64,000 bases of DNA from Candidatus Eiseniibacteriota bacterium (GTDB lineage Bacteria; Eisenbacteria; RBG-16-71-46): positions 1,760,001-1,824,000 of the forward strand of contig CAVQXP010000004.1 of NCBI GenBank assembly GCA_963717935.1, given 5' to 3'. Each line of letters begins with the position of its first letter. Position 1 is the stretch's first letter. Made by a program: the position numbers and the translations under genes. The notes under the pieces are model-generated. The model was not told where the DNA came from and searched no databases. It saw nothing but the letters and a program-made list of their open reading frames with translations. Shown here piece by piece: positions 9,113-19,200 of this stretch.

Positions 9113-10063
9113 TTGAGCATCCCTGCCGAAGATCCGCAGCAGCCCCTGCCCGCGCCCCCGGTGGGCGTCGACAGCGAGGTCGGCCCCGGGGACGACGAGG
9201 GCGTGGTGTGGGCGACGCTGGCCCGCTGGCGCGCGGAGCGCCGGCGCTTCGCGCTGCTCACGGTGGTGGAGACGCGGGGTTCGGCGCCGCGCAAGAGCGG
9301 CGCCCACCTGCTGCTCGCGGAGGATGGCGAGAGCGTCGGCACGCTGGGCGGTGGCGCGATCGAGCACGAAGCGCTGGAGCAGGCGCGCGCGGTGCTGGTG
9401 CAGGGCGGATCGGTGCTCTTCCGGCGCCACCTCGCGCAGGATCTCGGCATGTGCTGCGGAGGCGAGATGGACATCTTCATCGAGGCGGTGGAGCCGAAGC
9501 CCCGGCTCTTCGTCTTCGGGGCGGGCTACATCGGCAAGTCGCTCGTGGCGATGGCCACGGCCTGCGGCTTCGACGTCACGGTGGTGGATGGCCGGAGCGA
9601 GTGGGCGGAACCCGCGCGCTTCCCGGGGGCGGCGGTGCGCTGTCAGGATCCCGAGGACGTGGCGCGCACGCTGGACCTCGCGCCTGGCGACTACGCCTGC
9701 GTGGTGTCCCACGACCACGCGCTCGATCAGCGCCTGGTGCAGATCCTGATCCGCCGCCCGCTGCGCTTCCTGGGGATGATCGGGAGCCGGGCGAAGCAGC
9801 GGAAGTTCGTGCAGCGCCTGCGCGGCCACGGCTACGGTGACGAGGAGATCGCCCGGCTGCACACGCCGCTGGGGCTGGCGATCGGGGCGGCCACGCCCGA
9901 GGAGATCGCGGTGAGCGTGCTCGCGCAGCTCATCGCGGTGCGGCGCGGAGTCCCGATCGAGCCCGGCTGGGAGTCGCCGTCGGGCGCGTATCAGGCGGGA
10001 GAGGAAGTGGACCCGGCCGCGGTCGAAGCCGACCCGGCCACGAAGGAGGGCGAAGGCTCATGA
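9113..10063 (+). CDS. xdhC: XdhC/CoxI family molybdenum cofactor insertion chaperone
   Basis: GSAPR, GTLGGG.IE, GMCCGG, FGAG, GMIGSR.K and PEEIAVS motifs. Start uncertain. Confidence 0.9.
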   Translation: MSIPAEDPQQPLPAPPVGVDSEVGPGDDEGVVWATLARWRAERRRFALLTVVETRGSAPRKSGAHLLLAEDGESVGTLGGGAIEHEALEQARAVLVQGGSVLFRRHLAQDLGMCCGGEMDIFIEAVEPKPRLFVFGAGYIGKSLVAMATACGFDVTVVDGRSEWAEPARFPGAAVRCQDPEDVARTLDLAPGDYACVVSHDHALDQRLVQILIRRPLRFLGMIGSRAKQRKFVQRLRGHGYGDEEIARLHTPLGLAIGAATPEEIAVSVLAQLIAVRRGVPIEPGWESPSGAYQAGEEVDPAAVEADPATKEGEGS

Positions 10064-10746
10064 TGGTCGGCGTGCTGTTGGCGGCCGGCGCCTCGACGCG
10101 GATGGGGCGGCCGAAGGCGCTCGCGAAGGCGGGGCGGGAGAGCTACGTCGCCCACGGCGTGCGCAACCTGTGGTGCGCGTGCGACACCGTGGTCGTGGTC
10201 CTGGGGGCCGACGCGAAGCGGATCCGCAAGCGCGTCGAGGACGAGTTCGTGCGCCTGGTCGAGACCGGCTGTTTCGACCGGGAGCTGCACGCGGCGCACC
10301 GCCACAAGGCGCAGAAGCTCGAAGTGCGCTTCGTGGTGAACCGCGCCTGGAAGAGGGGCATGTACTCCTCGGCCCGGGTGGGGCTCGCGGCGGCCCTGAA
10401 ATACGATCCGGCGGGGCTGTTCGTGCTGCCCGTGGACCATCCCTCGGTCCGCCCCGGCACGGTGCTGGACCTGGCCACGGTCATGGCCCAGGCCATCCGC
10501 GCCGCGGACAGCCCGGCCCGCCGGCGGGTGGTCCGGCGCCCGGGCTTCTCCTACGCGCTGGTGCCGCGCCTCCGCGGCCGCCGCGGCCACCCCATCGTGC
10601 TGACCGGCGCGCTCGCGCGGGCCATCGTGAAGGACAAGGGGGCCGAGCACCTGAGCGACGCCGTGCGGCGCAGCGCCCGCCTGGTGGGCTACCTCGACGT
10701 GCGCGACGCCGGGATCACGCGCAACGTGAACCGCCCGGGGGACTGA
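10060..10746 (+). CDS. MocA/MobA-like nucleotidyltransferase (NTP_transf_3)
   Basis: LLAAGASTRMGRPKAL, N..W..GM.SS, PVDHP and GHPI motifs; overlaps the xdhC stop. Confidence 0.85.
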   Translation: MMVGVLLAAGASTRMGRPKALAKAGRESYVAHGVRNLWCACDTVVVVLGADAKRIRKRVEDEFVRLVETGCFDRELHAAHRHKAQKLEVRFVVNRAWKRGMYSSARVGLAAALKYDPAGLFVLPVDHPSVRPGTVLDLATVMAQAIRAADSPARRRVVRRPGFSYALVPRLRGRRGHPIVLTGALARAIVKDKGAEHLSDAVRRSARLVGYLDVRDAGITRNVNRPGD

Positions 10747-10765
10747 GCGTGCCGACGGAGGGACG

Positions 10766-11317
10766 ATGAGCGGCCGCCCGCTGGTCGCGGTCTTCGGCAG
10801 CAGCACCATCCGCGAGCCGGGCCCGGAGTACCGCGAGGCCGAGGAACTCGGGCGCCGGCTCGCCGAGGCCGGGGCCGATGTCATCACCGGCGGCTATGGC
10901 GGGGCCATGGCCGCCTGCTCGCGTGGCGCCCGCGAGGCCGGGGCGCACGTGGTGGGCGTGACGGTCGAGACCTTCGAGAGCCGGGGCCCGGTGAATCGCT
11001 GGGTCCAGGAGCGCGTGCACACGAGCGACCTGTTCGAGCGGCTGCGCCACATCATCGGCCGGGCGGACGCGTTCATCGCCGTCTCGGGGAGCGTGGGCAC
11101 GATCGCGGAGATCCTGCTGACCTGGAACCTGCTCATGGCGCAGGCGCGCCCGCCGGCGCCGCTCGTGCTGCTGGGCGCGCCGTGGAAGGGCTGGCTCGAG
11201 GCTCATCGCGAGCCAGGCCTCGTGCTGCCGGGATTGTTCGCCTACGTGCAGCTCGCGGACACGCCCGAACAGGCCGTGCGGCTCGCGCTCGACGGGGCCG
11301 GTCCAGGCGCCACCTGA
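10766..11317 (+). CDS. LOG/SLOG family nucleotide-binding protein
   Basis: VAVFGSS, TGGYGGAM.A and SGSVGT..E (variant of PGGxGT). Confidence 0.85.
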   Translation: MSGRPLVAVFGSSTIREPGPEYREAEELGRRLAEAGADVITGGYGGAMAACSRGAREAGAHVVGVTVETFESRGPVNRWVQERVHTSDLFERLRHIIGRADAFIAVSGSVGTIAEILLTWNLLMAQARPPAPLVLLGAPWKGWLEAHREPGLVLPGLFAYVQLADTPEQAVRLALDGAGPGAT

Positions 11318-11416
11318 ACCCGGCGCCCGCTCGCGGCCCGGCCTGGAGCGCCGGGGCCGCGCTCTGCTAGAGTGCCGGCCTCAATTCCCCACGACCACGC
11401 AGGAGGAGGTCCAGCC

Positions 11417-12214
11417 ATGGACGCGACCGGCGCTGCCCGGCCCCTCAGGATCATCCGCGAGCCGAAGGTGTTCCTGGTGGGCCGCCAGGTTGCGGATCCC
11501 GGGGCCATCGAGCGCTTCCTCGCGGAACACGAGCTGACCTGGAGCACCGACACGGAGGTTGGCGCCGAGGTGCTGGCCGAGATGGCCGGCCGCCTCTGCT
11601 ACCTGTCCTACGGCAAGGGCCGCAAGACGAACCGCGAGTTCCTCGACCACCTCATCGAGGTGGGGCACGGCTCGGTGCTGGAGCACGCCGTGTGGAGCTT
11701 CGTCATCACCGGCGTGTCGCGCTCGTTCACGCACGAGCTGGTGCGGCACCGCGCGGGCTGGGCCTACTCACAGCTCTCGCAGCGCTACGTGAACGAATCG
11801 GAATCGCCCTACGTCGAGCCCGACGTCATCGCGGACGACCCGGCCCTGCACGCCATCTGGACCGGGGCGGTGAACGGAGCGCGCGAGGCCTACGACCGGC
11901 TGGTGGCCGGTCTGGAGCGGCACTACGCCAGCGAGCTCGACAGCACGCTGCGCCGCAAGCTGGCCCGTCAGGCCGCGCGCTCGGTGCTCCCGAACGCCAC
12001 CGAGACCCGGATCTTCGTCACCGCCAATGCCCGGGCGCTGCGGCACTTCATCGAGATGCGCGGTTCGGAGGCGGCCGACGTCGAGATCCGCAAGGTGGCG
12101 CTGCAGGTGCTGGACCTCATGCGGCAGGAGTCCCCCGCGCTCTTCTCGGACTACGAGCGGGTGCCGCTGCCGAACGGGGGACAGGCGGTGCGGACGCCTC
12201 ACCCCAAGGTCTAG
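11417..12214 (+). CDS. thyX: FAD-dependent thymidylate synthase
   Basis: GH.SVLEH, THELVRHR....SQLSQRY and ARSVLPN motifs; strong AGGAGG RBS. Confidence 0.95.
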   Translation: MDATGAARPLRIIREPKVFLVGRQVADPGAIERFLAEHELTWSTDTEVGAEVLAEMAGRLCYLSYGKGRKTNREFLDHLIEVGHGSVLEHAVWSFVITGVSRSFTHELVRHRAGWAYSQLSQRYVNESESPYVEPDVIADDPALHAIWTGAVNGAREAYDRLVAGLERHYASELDSTLRRKLARQAARSVLPNATETRIFVTANARALRHFIEMRGSEAADVEIRKVALQVLDLMRQESPALFSDYERVPLPNGGQAVRTPHPKV

Positions 12215-12390
12215 CCGGGCGTGCCCCCCGGCCGCCCCTGGCGCGTGACGCCGGGGCCCGCCAGGAGTAGACTGAGTGGCCAGAAGCACGTCCCGTGCGC
12301 AGGACGCGCCGGGAGGGCCCGCGCGTCGCGTTCAACATCGTGGCGCCCCGGCCGATGACGCATGGGGGTTCCGCCACGGAGGGTGTGACC

Positions 12391-13527
12391 ATGTGGAAGA
12401 CCTCGTCCGGCAGCACCGGGCGGCTGCTCCAGCTTTGCGCCGGCTACTTCGGCCTCTACGTGCTCAACGGGATGTTCGCCAAGATCTTCACCGGCGGCCA
12501 TCCGTACCGCATGCCGGAGATGGCCTACCTCTTCAACAACACGCTCGGCGGCAGCATGATCGCCCTGACCGTGGTCTTCGTCATGGGCTGGATCAGGCTC
12601 CAGTCCAACCGCCTGGTGAAGTGGGGACCGTTCACCGTCCCCTCCGAGGTCGCCTACATCATCCCCTCGGGCATCTGCACGGCGGTGGTCATCCCCACCA
12701 CCACCCTCATGTACACCCTGCCCATCTCCGTGATGGTGGCCATGGTGATCATGCGCGGCAGCATCATCGTGATCAGCCGGCTGATCGATGCGGTCCAGAT
12801 CAAACAGGGCATCCTCAAGAAACACGTCTACGGCGAGGAGAACTGGGCGGTGGTGTTCGCCCTGCTCGCGGTCGCCACGAACGTGGTCCTGCTCCCGGTC
12901 GTCTCCTACCTCGAGGGCCGCGGCATCGGAGCTGCCCACTGGCTGGGGCTCACGCCCGGTGCGCTCCGGGGCAGCTTCGACTTCATCCATTCACCCCAGG
13001 CGATGACGATCATGGGCCTCTACATCACGGCCTACACGATCCGCATCTACATCATGAACTACTTCAAGAACACCCGGGCGAAGGGCGTGCCGCTCGACAA
13101 CAAGGGCTTCTTCGCCGTCGAGCAGATCGCCGCGAGCCTGGCGATGGCGGCGATCCTCGCGTTCTTCTACTTCGGCTCGCCCGCCTTCGGCTGGACGGCG
13201 AAGCCGATCGAGGAGTTCCGCGGGGCGGTCACGCACCCGAGCCTGGGCGCGTTCCTCACGGGCCTGCCGTACGGCGTGCTCGCGTTCTTCTCGGTCTTCA
13301 TCTTCATGTTCAAGGGCCGCACCGCGACCTTCGCCGGGCTCGTGAACCGGCTCACCTCGCTGCTGGCGGGGACCGCGGCGACCCTGCTCATGTTCTTCGT
13401 CTTCAAGGCGAAGTTCCCGGCGCTGCAGGACTGGGTCTCGGTGGGCTTCATCCTGGTCGCGGTCTACTTCCTGGGCCGCGCCGAGAAGCGGCGGATGGGC
13501 GAGCTGGCGAGGGAAGCGGCAGTCTGA
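12391..13527 (+). CDS. Uncharacterised multi-pass membrane protein (about 10 TM, possibly DMT-fold transporter)
   Basis: Hydrophobic helices throughout, strong codon bias, GGAGG RBS. No family motif recognised. Confidence 0.75.
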   Translation: MWKTSSGSTGRLLQLCAGYFGLYVLNGMFAKIFTGGHPYRMPEMAYLFNNTLGGSMIALTVVFVMGWIRLQSNRLVKWGPFTVPSEVAYIIPSGICTAVVIPTTTLMYTLPISVMVAMVIMRGSIIVISRLIDAVQIKQGILKKHVYGEENWAVVFALLAVATNVVLLPVVSYLEGRGIGAAHWLGLTPGALRGSFDFIHSPQAMTIMGLYITAYTIRIYIMNYFKNTRAKGVPLDNKGFFAVEQIAASLAMAAILAFFYFGSPAFGWTAKPIEEFRGAVTHPSLGAFLTGLPYGVLAFFSVFIFMFKGRTATFAGLVNRLTSLLAGTAATLLMFFVFKAKFPALQDWVSVGFILVAVYFLGRAEKRRMGELAREAAV

Positions 13528-13549
13528 CGGCGCCAGCCGGGGCCGGACG

Positions 13550-13589
13550 GCAGGGGGGGCGGGACCGCCGCGGGTCCCGCCCCCCCTGC
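13550..13589. terminator. Hairpin between convergent genes
   Basis: 17-bp perfect stem GCAGGGGGGGCGGGACC/GGTCCCGCCCCCCCTGC. Confidence 0.7.
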
Positions 13590-13609
13590 GCGTCGCGCCT
13601 CCGGCGGTC

Positions 13610-14922
13610 CTAGTGCGCGGCCGCGTGCGGACGCGGGCGGGCATTCCAGAGGAACAGCATGAGGACCGCGCCGACCCCGGCGAAGCCGATCATGCTGGGG
13701 CCCCACGATCCCCAGCCGAAGTGCTCGAGCATCCAGCCCATCCCGAAGCCCACGAACGAGCCGCCCACGTACTGCATGCCGTCGAAGAGGCCCGCGGCCG
13801 TGGCGGCGGCGCGCTTGCCGCCGAAGTCCATCGAGGCCGTGCCGGAGAGCATCGAGTGCACCATCGAGATGGCCATGGAGTTGACGATGAACGCCGCGAT
13901 GACCGCCTCCATGCTGGGAGCGCGCCAGACCACCGCGAGGCTCGCGATCTGCAGCGCGTAGCCGATGAACGCGACCGGTGGCCGCCGGTGGCCGAAGACC
14001 CTGTCCGAGGCGTAGCCGGCGATGAACGCGCCGGCGATGCCCGCCCCGACGATGATGAGAGCGTTGCGCTGGAAGATGGGGCTGTCGAGCTCGAGATGCT
14101 GGACCTCCTGCATGTAGCGCGGGAACCACTGCTCGAAGCCCTGGCGCACCAGCCCGGTGCAGAACTCGGCCACGGCGATGGTGATGGCGACCGGGTTCGT
14201 GAAGACCCGGCGCACGACGTAGCCCAGCGTGATCTTCTCGGTGTCGCCGCTGGTCGCGTCCTGCGGGTCGAACTCGCCCAGGCCGGCCTCCTTGGGCGAG
14301 TCCTGGACGACCAGGAACGTGAAGACCGACATGAGCGCGACGATGCCCGCGGGGATGAAGAAGCGCCACTGCCAGGGCAGGGCGATGACGAAGGGCGTGG
14401 CGAGCAGCAGGAAGACGAGGAAGCGCCCACTCTGGATCATCGAGCCGAAGATGGCCGAGAAGACCCCACGCTCGGTCACGTGGAACCAGCCCGAGTTCAC
14501 CTTGATCAGTGACAGGGCGCTGTAGGACTGGAAGTACATGTTCAGCGTCCAGGTCGTGGCCAGGTAGCCGAGCAGCAGCGGCCCCGTGCCGAGGACGCCC
14601 AGGTAGGCGCCGAGGCCGAACATGACGTTGAACAGGAAGGCGCCGAGCGAGCCGATGAGCATCGCCTTGCGTCCGCCCAGCCGGTCGGCGATCGGACCGT
14701 TGAAGAGCGCCGCGATGCCGTACAGCAGCGTCGCCGAGCTGATGATGGCGCCGACCTGGGCCTTGTCCCAGCCGTAGGTGTCGGAGAGCGCCTTGTTGGC
14801 GAGCGGGAAGTTGTACCTCGCCATGTACATGGCGGCGTAGGTGAGCCCGAGCACGAACCAGTTCTGGGTGCGGCGGACTCGGAACGCGGGGTGTGGACGG
14901 GGCGCACGTACACGACGGCCAT
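13610..14922 (-). CDS. MFS transporter, GlpT/UhpT-like (apparent frameshift near 14890)
   Basis: Y...Y..RYNF, GPIADRLGGRK, WF...ERG, G..SDR.F..RR and ATAAGLFD motifs. The N-terminus from ATG 14922 is in another frame. Confidence 0.85.
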
Positions 14923-15157
14923 CGGGAGTCTCTCCGAGCGGAAGTGAGAGGCTGAGCGGTCGTCCGTGACGCGCTGTGCGTTTGCGGAGGACTTTTAGTG
15001 GGAACGGCCCCCGGGGTCAAGTGCCGAAGCGCCCCGCGGCGCGACGATCCGTGCCGAAACGCCCGCGCAGCCGGACGGAGACGCCGGCGCTTGCGCGCGG
15101 GGCCCGGACGCCCCATCTTTGCCATGTGCTCCACCCGGACTAGGGAAGGAGATCGCG

Positions 15158-15694
15158 ATGAGGTCCCTGCAAGAGGCGATCGGCCGCGAACTGACCTGGA
15201 AGCCGCGCAGCCTGCTGTCGCACACTCACGATCTGGTGGACCCGCAGTCCGGTGACGCCGAGCCCTGGGCGACGCTGGCCTGGCGCGCGGGGCTCCTGAT
15301 GCAGGCCCCGGCGGAGGCGCAGTCGGGTGATGGCAGCTGGCACTTCCGCCGCCGGGGGTTCTTCCGCGAGAACGTGCTCGTGTTCGCGCCGGACGGCGCC
15401 ACTCCGGTGGCCACGCTGAAGCGCTCCTGGCGACACGGCACACTACGCCTCGAGGACGGCAGGGAGTTCACGTGGAGACGGGAGGCCTTCTGGCGTCTGT
15501 CCTGGCGGTTCGAGGACGCCAATGGCAATGCCGTGGTGCGCCTCCGCTGGCGGTTCTCACTGCCGCGCAGCACGGCGCGGGTGGAGTTCGAGTCCTCCGC
15601 CGCTCCGGTTGGCGACCTGGCTCTTCTGGCCTGCCTGGGCTGGTACCTGGTGCTCCTGTCCCACCGGCGGGCGGTCGCCCATGGCGCCAGTTGA
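15158..15694 (+). CDS. Hypothetical protein (beta-rich with C-terminal hydrophobic helix; possibly Tubby/LURP-like fold)
   Basis: AAGGAG RBS, Trp/Arg-rich strands, ends LALLACLGWYLVLL. Confidence 0.6.
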   Translation: MRSLQEAIGRELTWKPRSLLSHTHDLVDPQSGDAEPWATLAWRAGLLMQAPAEAQSGDGSWHFRRRGFFRENVLVFAPDGATPVATLKRSWRHGTLRLEDGREFTWRREAFWRLSWRFEDANGNAVVRLRWRFSLPRSTARVEFESSAAPVGDLALLACLGWYLVLLSHRRAVAHGAS

Positions 15695-16237
15695 TCGGGC
15701 CGAGGGAGGACGGGCCCTCGACATGAGCGGAACTGCACCCTCCACGGCCAACAAGAAGCCTTGATGGGCCTTCCTGTGGCGTCCAGATATGGAACGCTCT
15801 GTTGTGCTGCAATGGATTGCAGTCTTGGAACCTAGTTTGCGAGGTCCCGCCCTTCATCGAGAGGTTGACTGTGGCCGATTGCGGCCACTAGGTTCCGCGG
15901 CGGAAGCGACGGTCAAGGAGAGGCTGTCGAGGACTGCAGGCGGCCCGGGCTGTCGGGGCCGCGCATCGAGACCAGGGAGGTCATGCGTGTCTCGTAACCA
16001 TCCCCGCGGAACGCTCCCTTTCCAGCATCGAGGCCCTGGCCGTGTCCGGGGCGCTCGGGCCCGGGGTGAAACTCCCCTGGTGTAGTCCAGACGGTCGGAA
16101 TGGGCCGACCGGCCGTCCGCGGCAGAGGCCCTGATCACGACGGAAGCCAGTTGGTCGTTTCTCGAAATGGCGGCGGATCATCGGCGCGGTAGCCGGCCCG
16201 ACTGCCCAGTCAGACCCTAGAAGCGGAGGAAACAGAG

Positions 16238-16843
16238 ATGCGGAAGCTCGGAATCGTGATGGCTGCGCTGGCGTGCCTGTCGTTCATGGCTTTCCCGGTG
16301 TCAGCCGCGCAGGGCGACATGTCCTTCGGCCTGACCGGCGGCATGGCGATGCCAATGGGCGACTTCAGTGACATCTTCAAGCCTGGCTTCTGCGGCGGTG
16401 TCTATGGGGACTACATGATTGCCGAGCAGTTCGCGATCGGCGTCGACGGGATGTACAACCAGCACAGCGCCAAGGATGAGTGGAATGACCTGCTGAGCTT
16501 CCTTGCGGGCCAGACCGTCGAGGCGACCTGGACGACGTTCCAGTTCGGCGGCCACGTCAAGTGGATGCCTCCGATGAAGGACTCGCCGGCGATCCCGTAT
16601 GTCCAGGCTGGCGCGGGCATGTACAACCTGAAGGCCAAGGTCGAGGCTGGTGGCGACAGCGCGGATGACTCCGAGAGCAAGTTCGGCTTCAACGGTGGCC
16701 TCGGTGTCGATTTCAAGGTGAACCCGCAGTTCACCATCGGCGTGGGCGGCGCGTTCCACCACGTCCTCACCGAAGGCGATGCCCTCCAGTACTTCAACGT
16801 GGGCGTGAACGTCGGCTTCTTGACCACCGGCACCACCAAGTAG
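16238..16843 (+). CDS. Outer membrane beta-barrel protein (OmpA-like membrane domain)
   Basis: Signal peptide, PYVQAGAG, FGFNGGLGVDF, amphipathic strands, GGAGG RBS. Confidence 0.85.
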   Translation: MRKLGIVMAALACLSFMAFPVSAAQGDMSFGLTGGMAMPMGDFSDIFKPGFCGGVYGDYMIAEQFAIGVDGMYNQHSAKDEWNDLLSFLAGQTVEATWTTFQFGGHVKWMPPMKDSPAIPYVQAGAGMYNLKAKVEAGGDSADDSESKFGFNGGLGVDFKVNPQFTIGVGGAFHHVLTEGDALQYFNVGVNVGFLTTGTTK

Positions 16844-17059
16844 CGCGCTCGCCCTTCGAGGCGGCAGACGGCCGGCCCGGGTCATCCGATCCAGGCCGGC
16901 CGTGATGGATGAGAGATCGTTGAGGTTGACCGGACCCGGTGGCCAGGTTTCATGCGGACGCGCCGGATCGATGGACAGTGCTTCTCATGGGACGAGGGTG
17001 GCCGGACTTGCGTGGTCGGTTGCGCCATCCCGTCAGACCCCGACAAGCAGGAGCCCCCG

Positions 17060-17665
17060 GTGAAGAAGAGACTCGCAGTCCCCGTTCTGTTGCTCGTGCT
17101 GTTCGCGCTGCTTCCCGCCGCCCCGGCCGCCGCAATCAACTGGGGCATCGGTGCCGATCTGGGCTACAACCTGTTCATGCCGGACTACGATGATGTCGAG
17201 AACATCACCGTCATCGGCCTGCCGCTCTGCCCGGGGGCGGGTGAGACGGCCACCATCCCGGTCATCGGCGGGCTACGCGTGAGCTTTACGGGCGAGAAGC
17301 CGACGCACGAGATCTGGCTCGGCACGTCAATCAACCGCTTCGGGGTCGAGGACTACTCGATCATGTCCATGCAGCTGAGCGGAAACTACCAGTTCAACTT
17401 CGCGACCCAGGGTGGCCTGGATCCGTACGTCACGGCCGGCGTGGGCCTGTACCGCGTGGGCTACAGCGCCGACGACGACAGCGAGAGCGCCATGTCCACC
17501 TACTTCGGTGGTGGCGTGGGCGTTGCCTACAAGATGGGCACGGGCCGGCTGCGGGCCGAGGCGCGCTACGATGTGGTCAGTGAAGGCGAGGTCGACAACG
17601 ACCCCGTCATCCCGAAGGGCGGGAACCTCGGGCTGAAGCTCGGCTTCGATCTCTGGAACAAGTAG
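17060..17665 (+). CDS. Outer membrane beta-barrel protein
   Basis: GTG start after AGGAG, signal peptide, PYVTAGVGLY, LRAEARY and C-terminal LGLKLGFDLW. Confidence 0.85.
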   Translation: MKKRLAVPVLLLVLFALLPAAPAAAINWGIGADLGYNLFMPDYDDVENITVIGLPLCPGAGETATIPVIGGLRVSFTGEKPTHEIWLGTSINRFGVEDYSIMSMQLSGNYQFNFATQGGLDPYVTAGVGLYRVGYSADDDSESAMSTYFGGGVGVAYKMGTGRLRAEARYDVVSEGEVDNDPVIPKGGNLGLKLGFDLWNK

Positions 17666-17682
17666 GCAATCGCCGTACGAAC

Positions 17683-17720
17683 AGGACTGCCCGGCCGCCT
17701 CACGGTGGCCGGGCAGTCTT
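17683..17720. terminator. Hairpin between convergent genes
   Basis: AGGACTGCCCGGCCGCC-TCAC-GGTGGCCGGGCAGTCTT. Confidence 0.7.
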
Positions 17721-17749
17721 CGTCTGCGCGGGGGGCCTTCGGACGAAGT

Positions 17750-18938
17750 CTACCGGTAGGCCGCGATCCCCGTGATGTGCTCGCCCGAGCACCAGCGTGT
17801 GGATGTTGTGCGTGCCCTCGTAGGTCTTCACCGACTCGAGGTTGCACATGTGCCGGATGACCGGGTACTCGGCGGTGATGCCGTTCGCACCGAGCAGGTC
17901 GCGCGCCTCCCGCGCGATGTCGAGCGCGATCTCGCAGTTGTTGCGCTTGGCCAGCGAGATCTGGGCCGGCGTGACCTTCCCCTGGTCCTTGAGCCGTCCG
18001 AGCTGCAGGCACAGCAGCTGCGCCTTGGTGATCTCGGTGAGCATCACGGCGAGCTTCTCCTGCACCAGCTGGAACGAGCCGATCGGTTTGCCGAACATGA
18101 CGCGCGTCTTCGCGTACTCGGTCGCCTCGTGGAAGCAGGCCATGGCGGCGCCCACCACGCCCCAGGCGATGCCGTAACGGGCCTGCGAGAGGCAGGCCAG
18201 CGGTGACTTGAGGCCGCGGGCGCCCGGCAGGCGGTTCTCCTCGGGCACGAACACGTCCTCGAGGATCAGCTCGCTCGTGACCGAGGCGCGCAGCGAGTGC
18301 TTGTGCTTCTGCTCCGGCGCCGAGAAGCCCTTCGTGCCCTTCTCGACCAGGAAGCCATGGACCTCGTCGCGGTCCGTCTCCGGGTTCCGCAGCTTCGCCC
18401 AGACGATGGCCAGGTCGGCGACGGTGCCGCTGGTGATCCACATCTTGGCGCCGTTGAGCCGGTAGCCGCCGTCCGCGCGGACCGCCCGCGTGATCATGCC
18501 GCCGGGATCCGAGCCGTGGTCGGGCTCCGTGAGCCCGAAGCAGCCGATGACCTCGCCCCGGGCCATGCGCGGCAGCCAGCGGCGGCGCTGCTCGTCGGAG
18601 CCGAAGGCGAAGATCGGGTACATGCACAGCGCGCCCTGGACCGAGACGAACGAGCGCAGGCCGGAGTCGCCGCGCTCCAGTTCCTGCATCGCCAGGCCGT
18701 ACGCCGTGTACGAGACGCCCGCGCCGCCGTGCTCCTCCGGCAGCGTCGCGCCGAACAGGCCCATCGCGGCCAGTTCGGGGACGACCTCCATGGGGAAGTA
18801 CGCCTCTTCGTAGGCCTGCTCGACGATGGGCAGGTAACGGTCCTCGACCCAGCCGCGCACGTGGTCGCGGATCTGCCGTTCGTCCTCGGTGAGCAGCGGG
18901 TCGATCTCGTAGAAGTCCACGCCATTGAAGCGGGCCAT
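17750..18938 (-). CDS. Acyl-CoA dehydrogenase, glutaryl-CoA dehydrogenase-like (apparent 1-nt frameshift near the 3' end)
   Basis: ELERGDSG.RS, GCFGLTEPDHGSDP, LNGAKMWIT and TYEGTH motifs. Removing one G near 17785 restores LGEHITGIAAYR-stop. Confidence 0.9.
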
Positions 18939-19200
18939 GGGGTCACTCCTCTGGACGCGCGGCACCGTGTGGATGGGAGGCCAGAATATAGGGGAGCCCT
19001 CCGGCCCCCACAATCCGCCGGCGCCCGGCCGCCGCCGTGCGCCCGGCGCGGCCGCTCGGCACGCGGCCTCCGGCGCGCCGCCGCGAGCCGCGCGCCGCCT
19101 GCGCCGGATCGCTGGCCGGGCCCGTCCCATTGCGGCCGCGCCCGCCGCTCGCTACGCTGCCCGGCATGCCGCACGTCCCGCCCGCCCAGGAGAGCCCGCC

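Noticed and set aside
16050..16225. Cobalamin riboswitch-like fragments (GGTGAAACTCC, AGCCAG)
   Set aside because: Lacks the GGGAA and GCCACTG core elements, and the downstream gene is not a TonB-dependent receptor.
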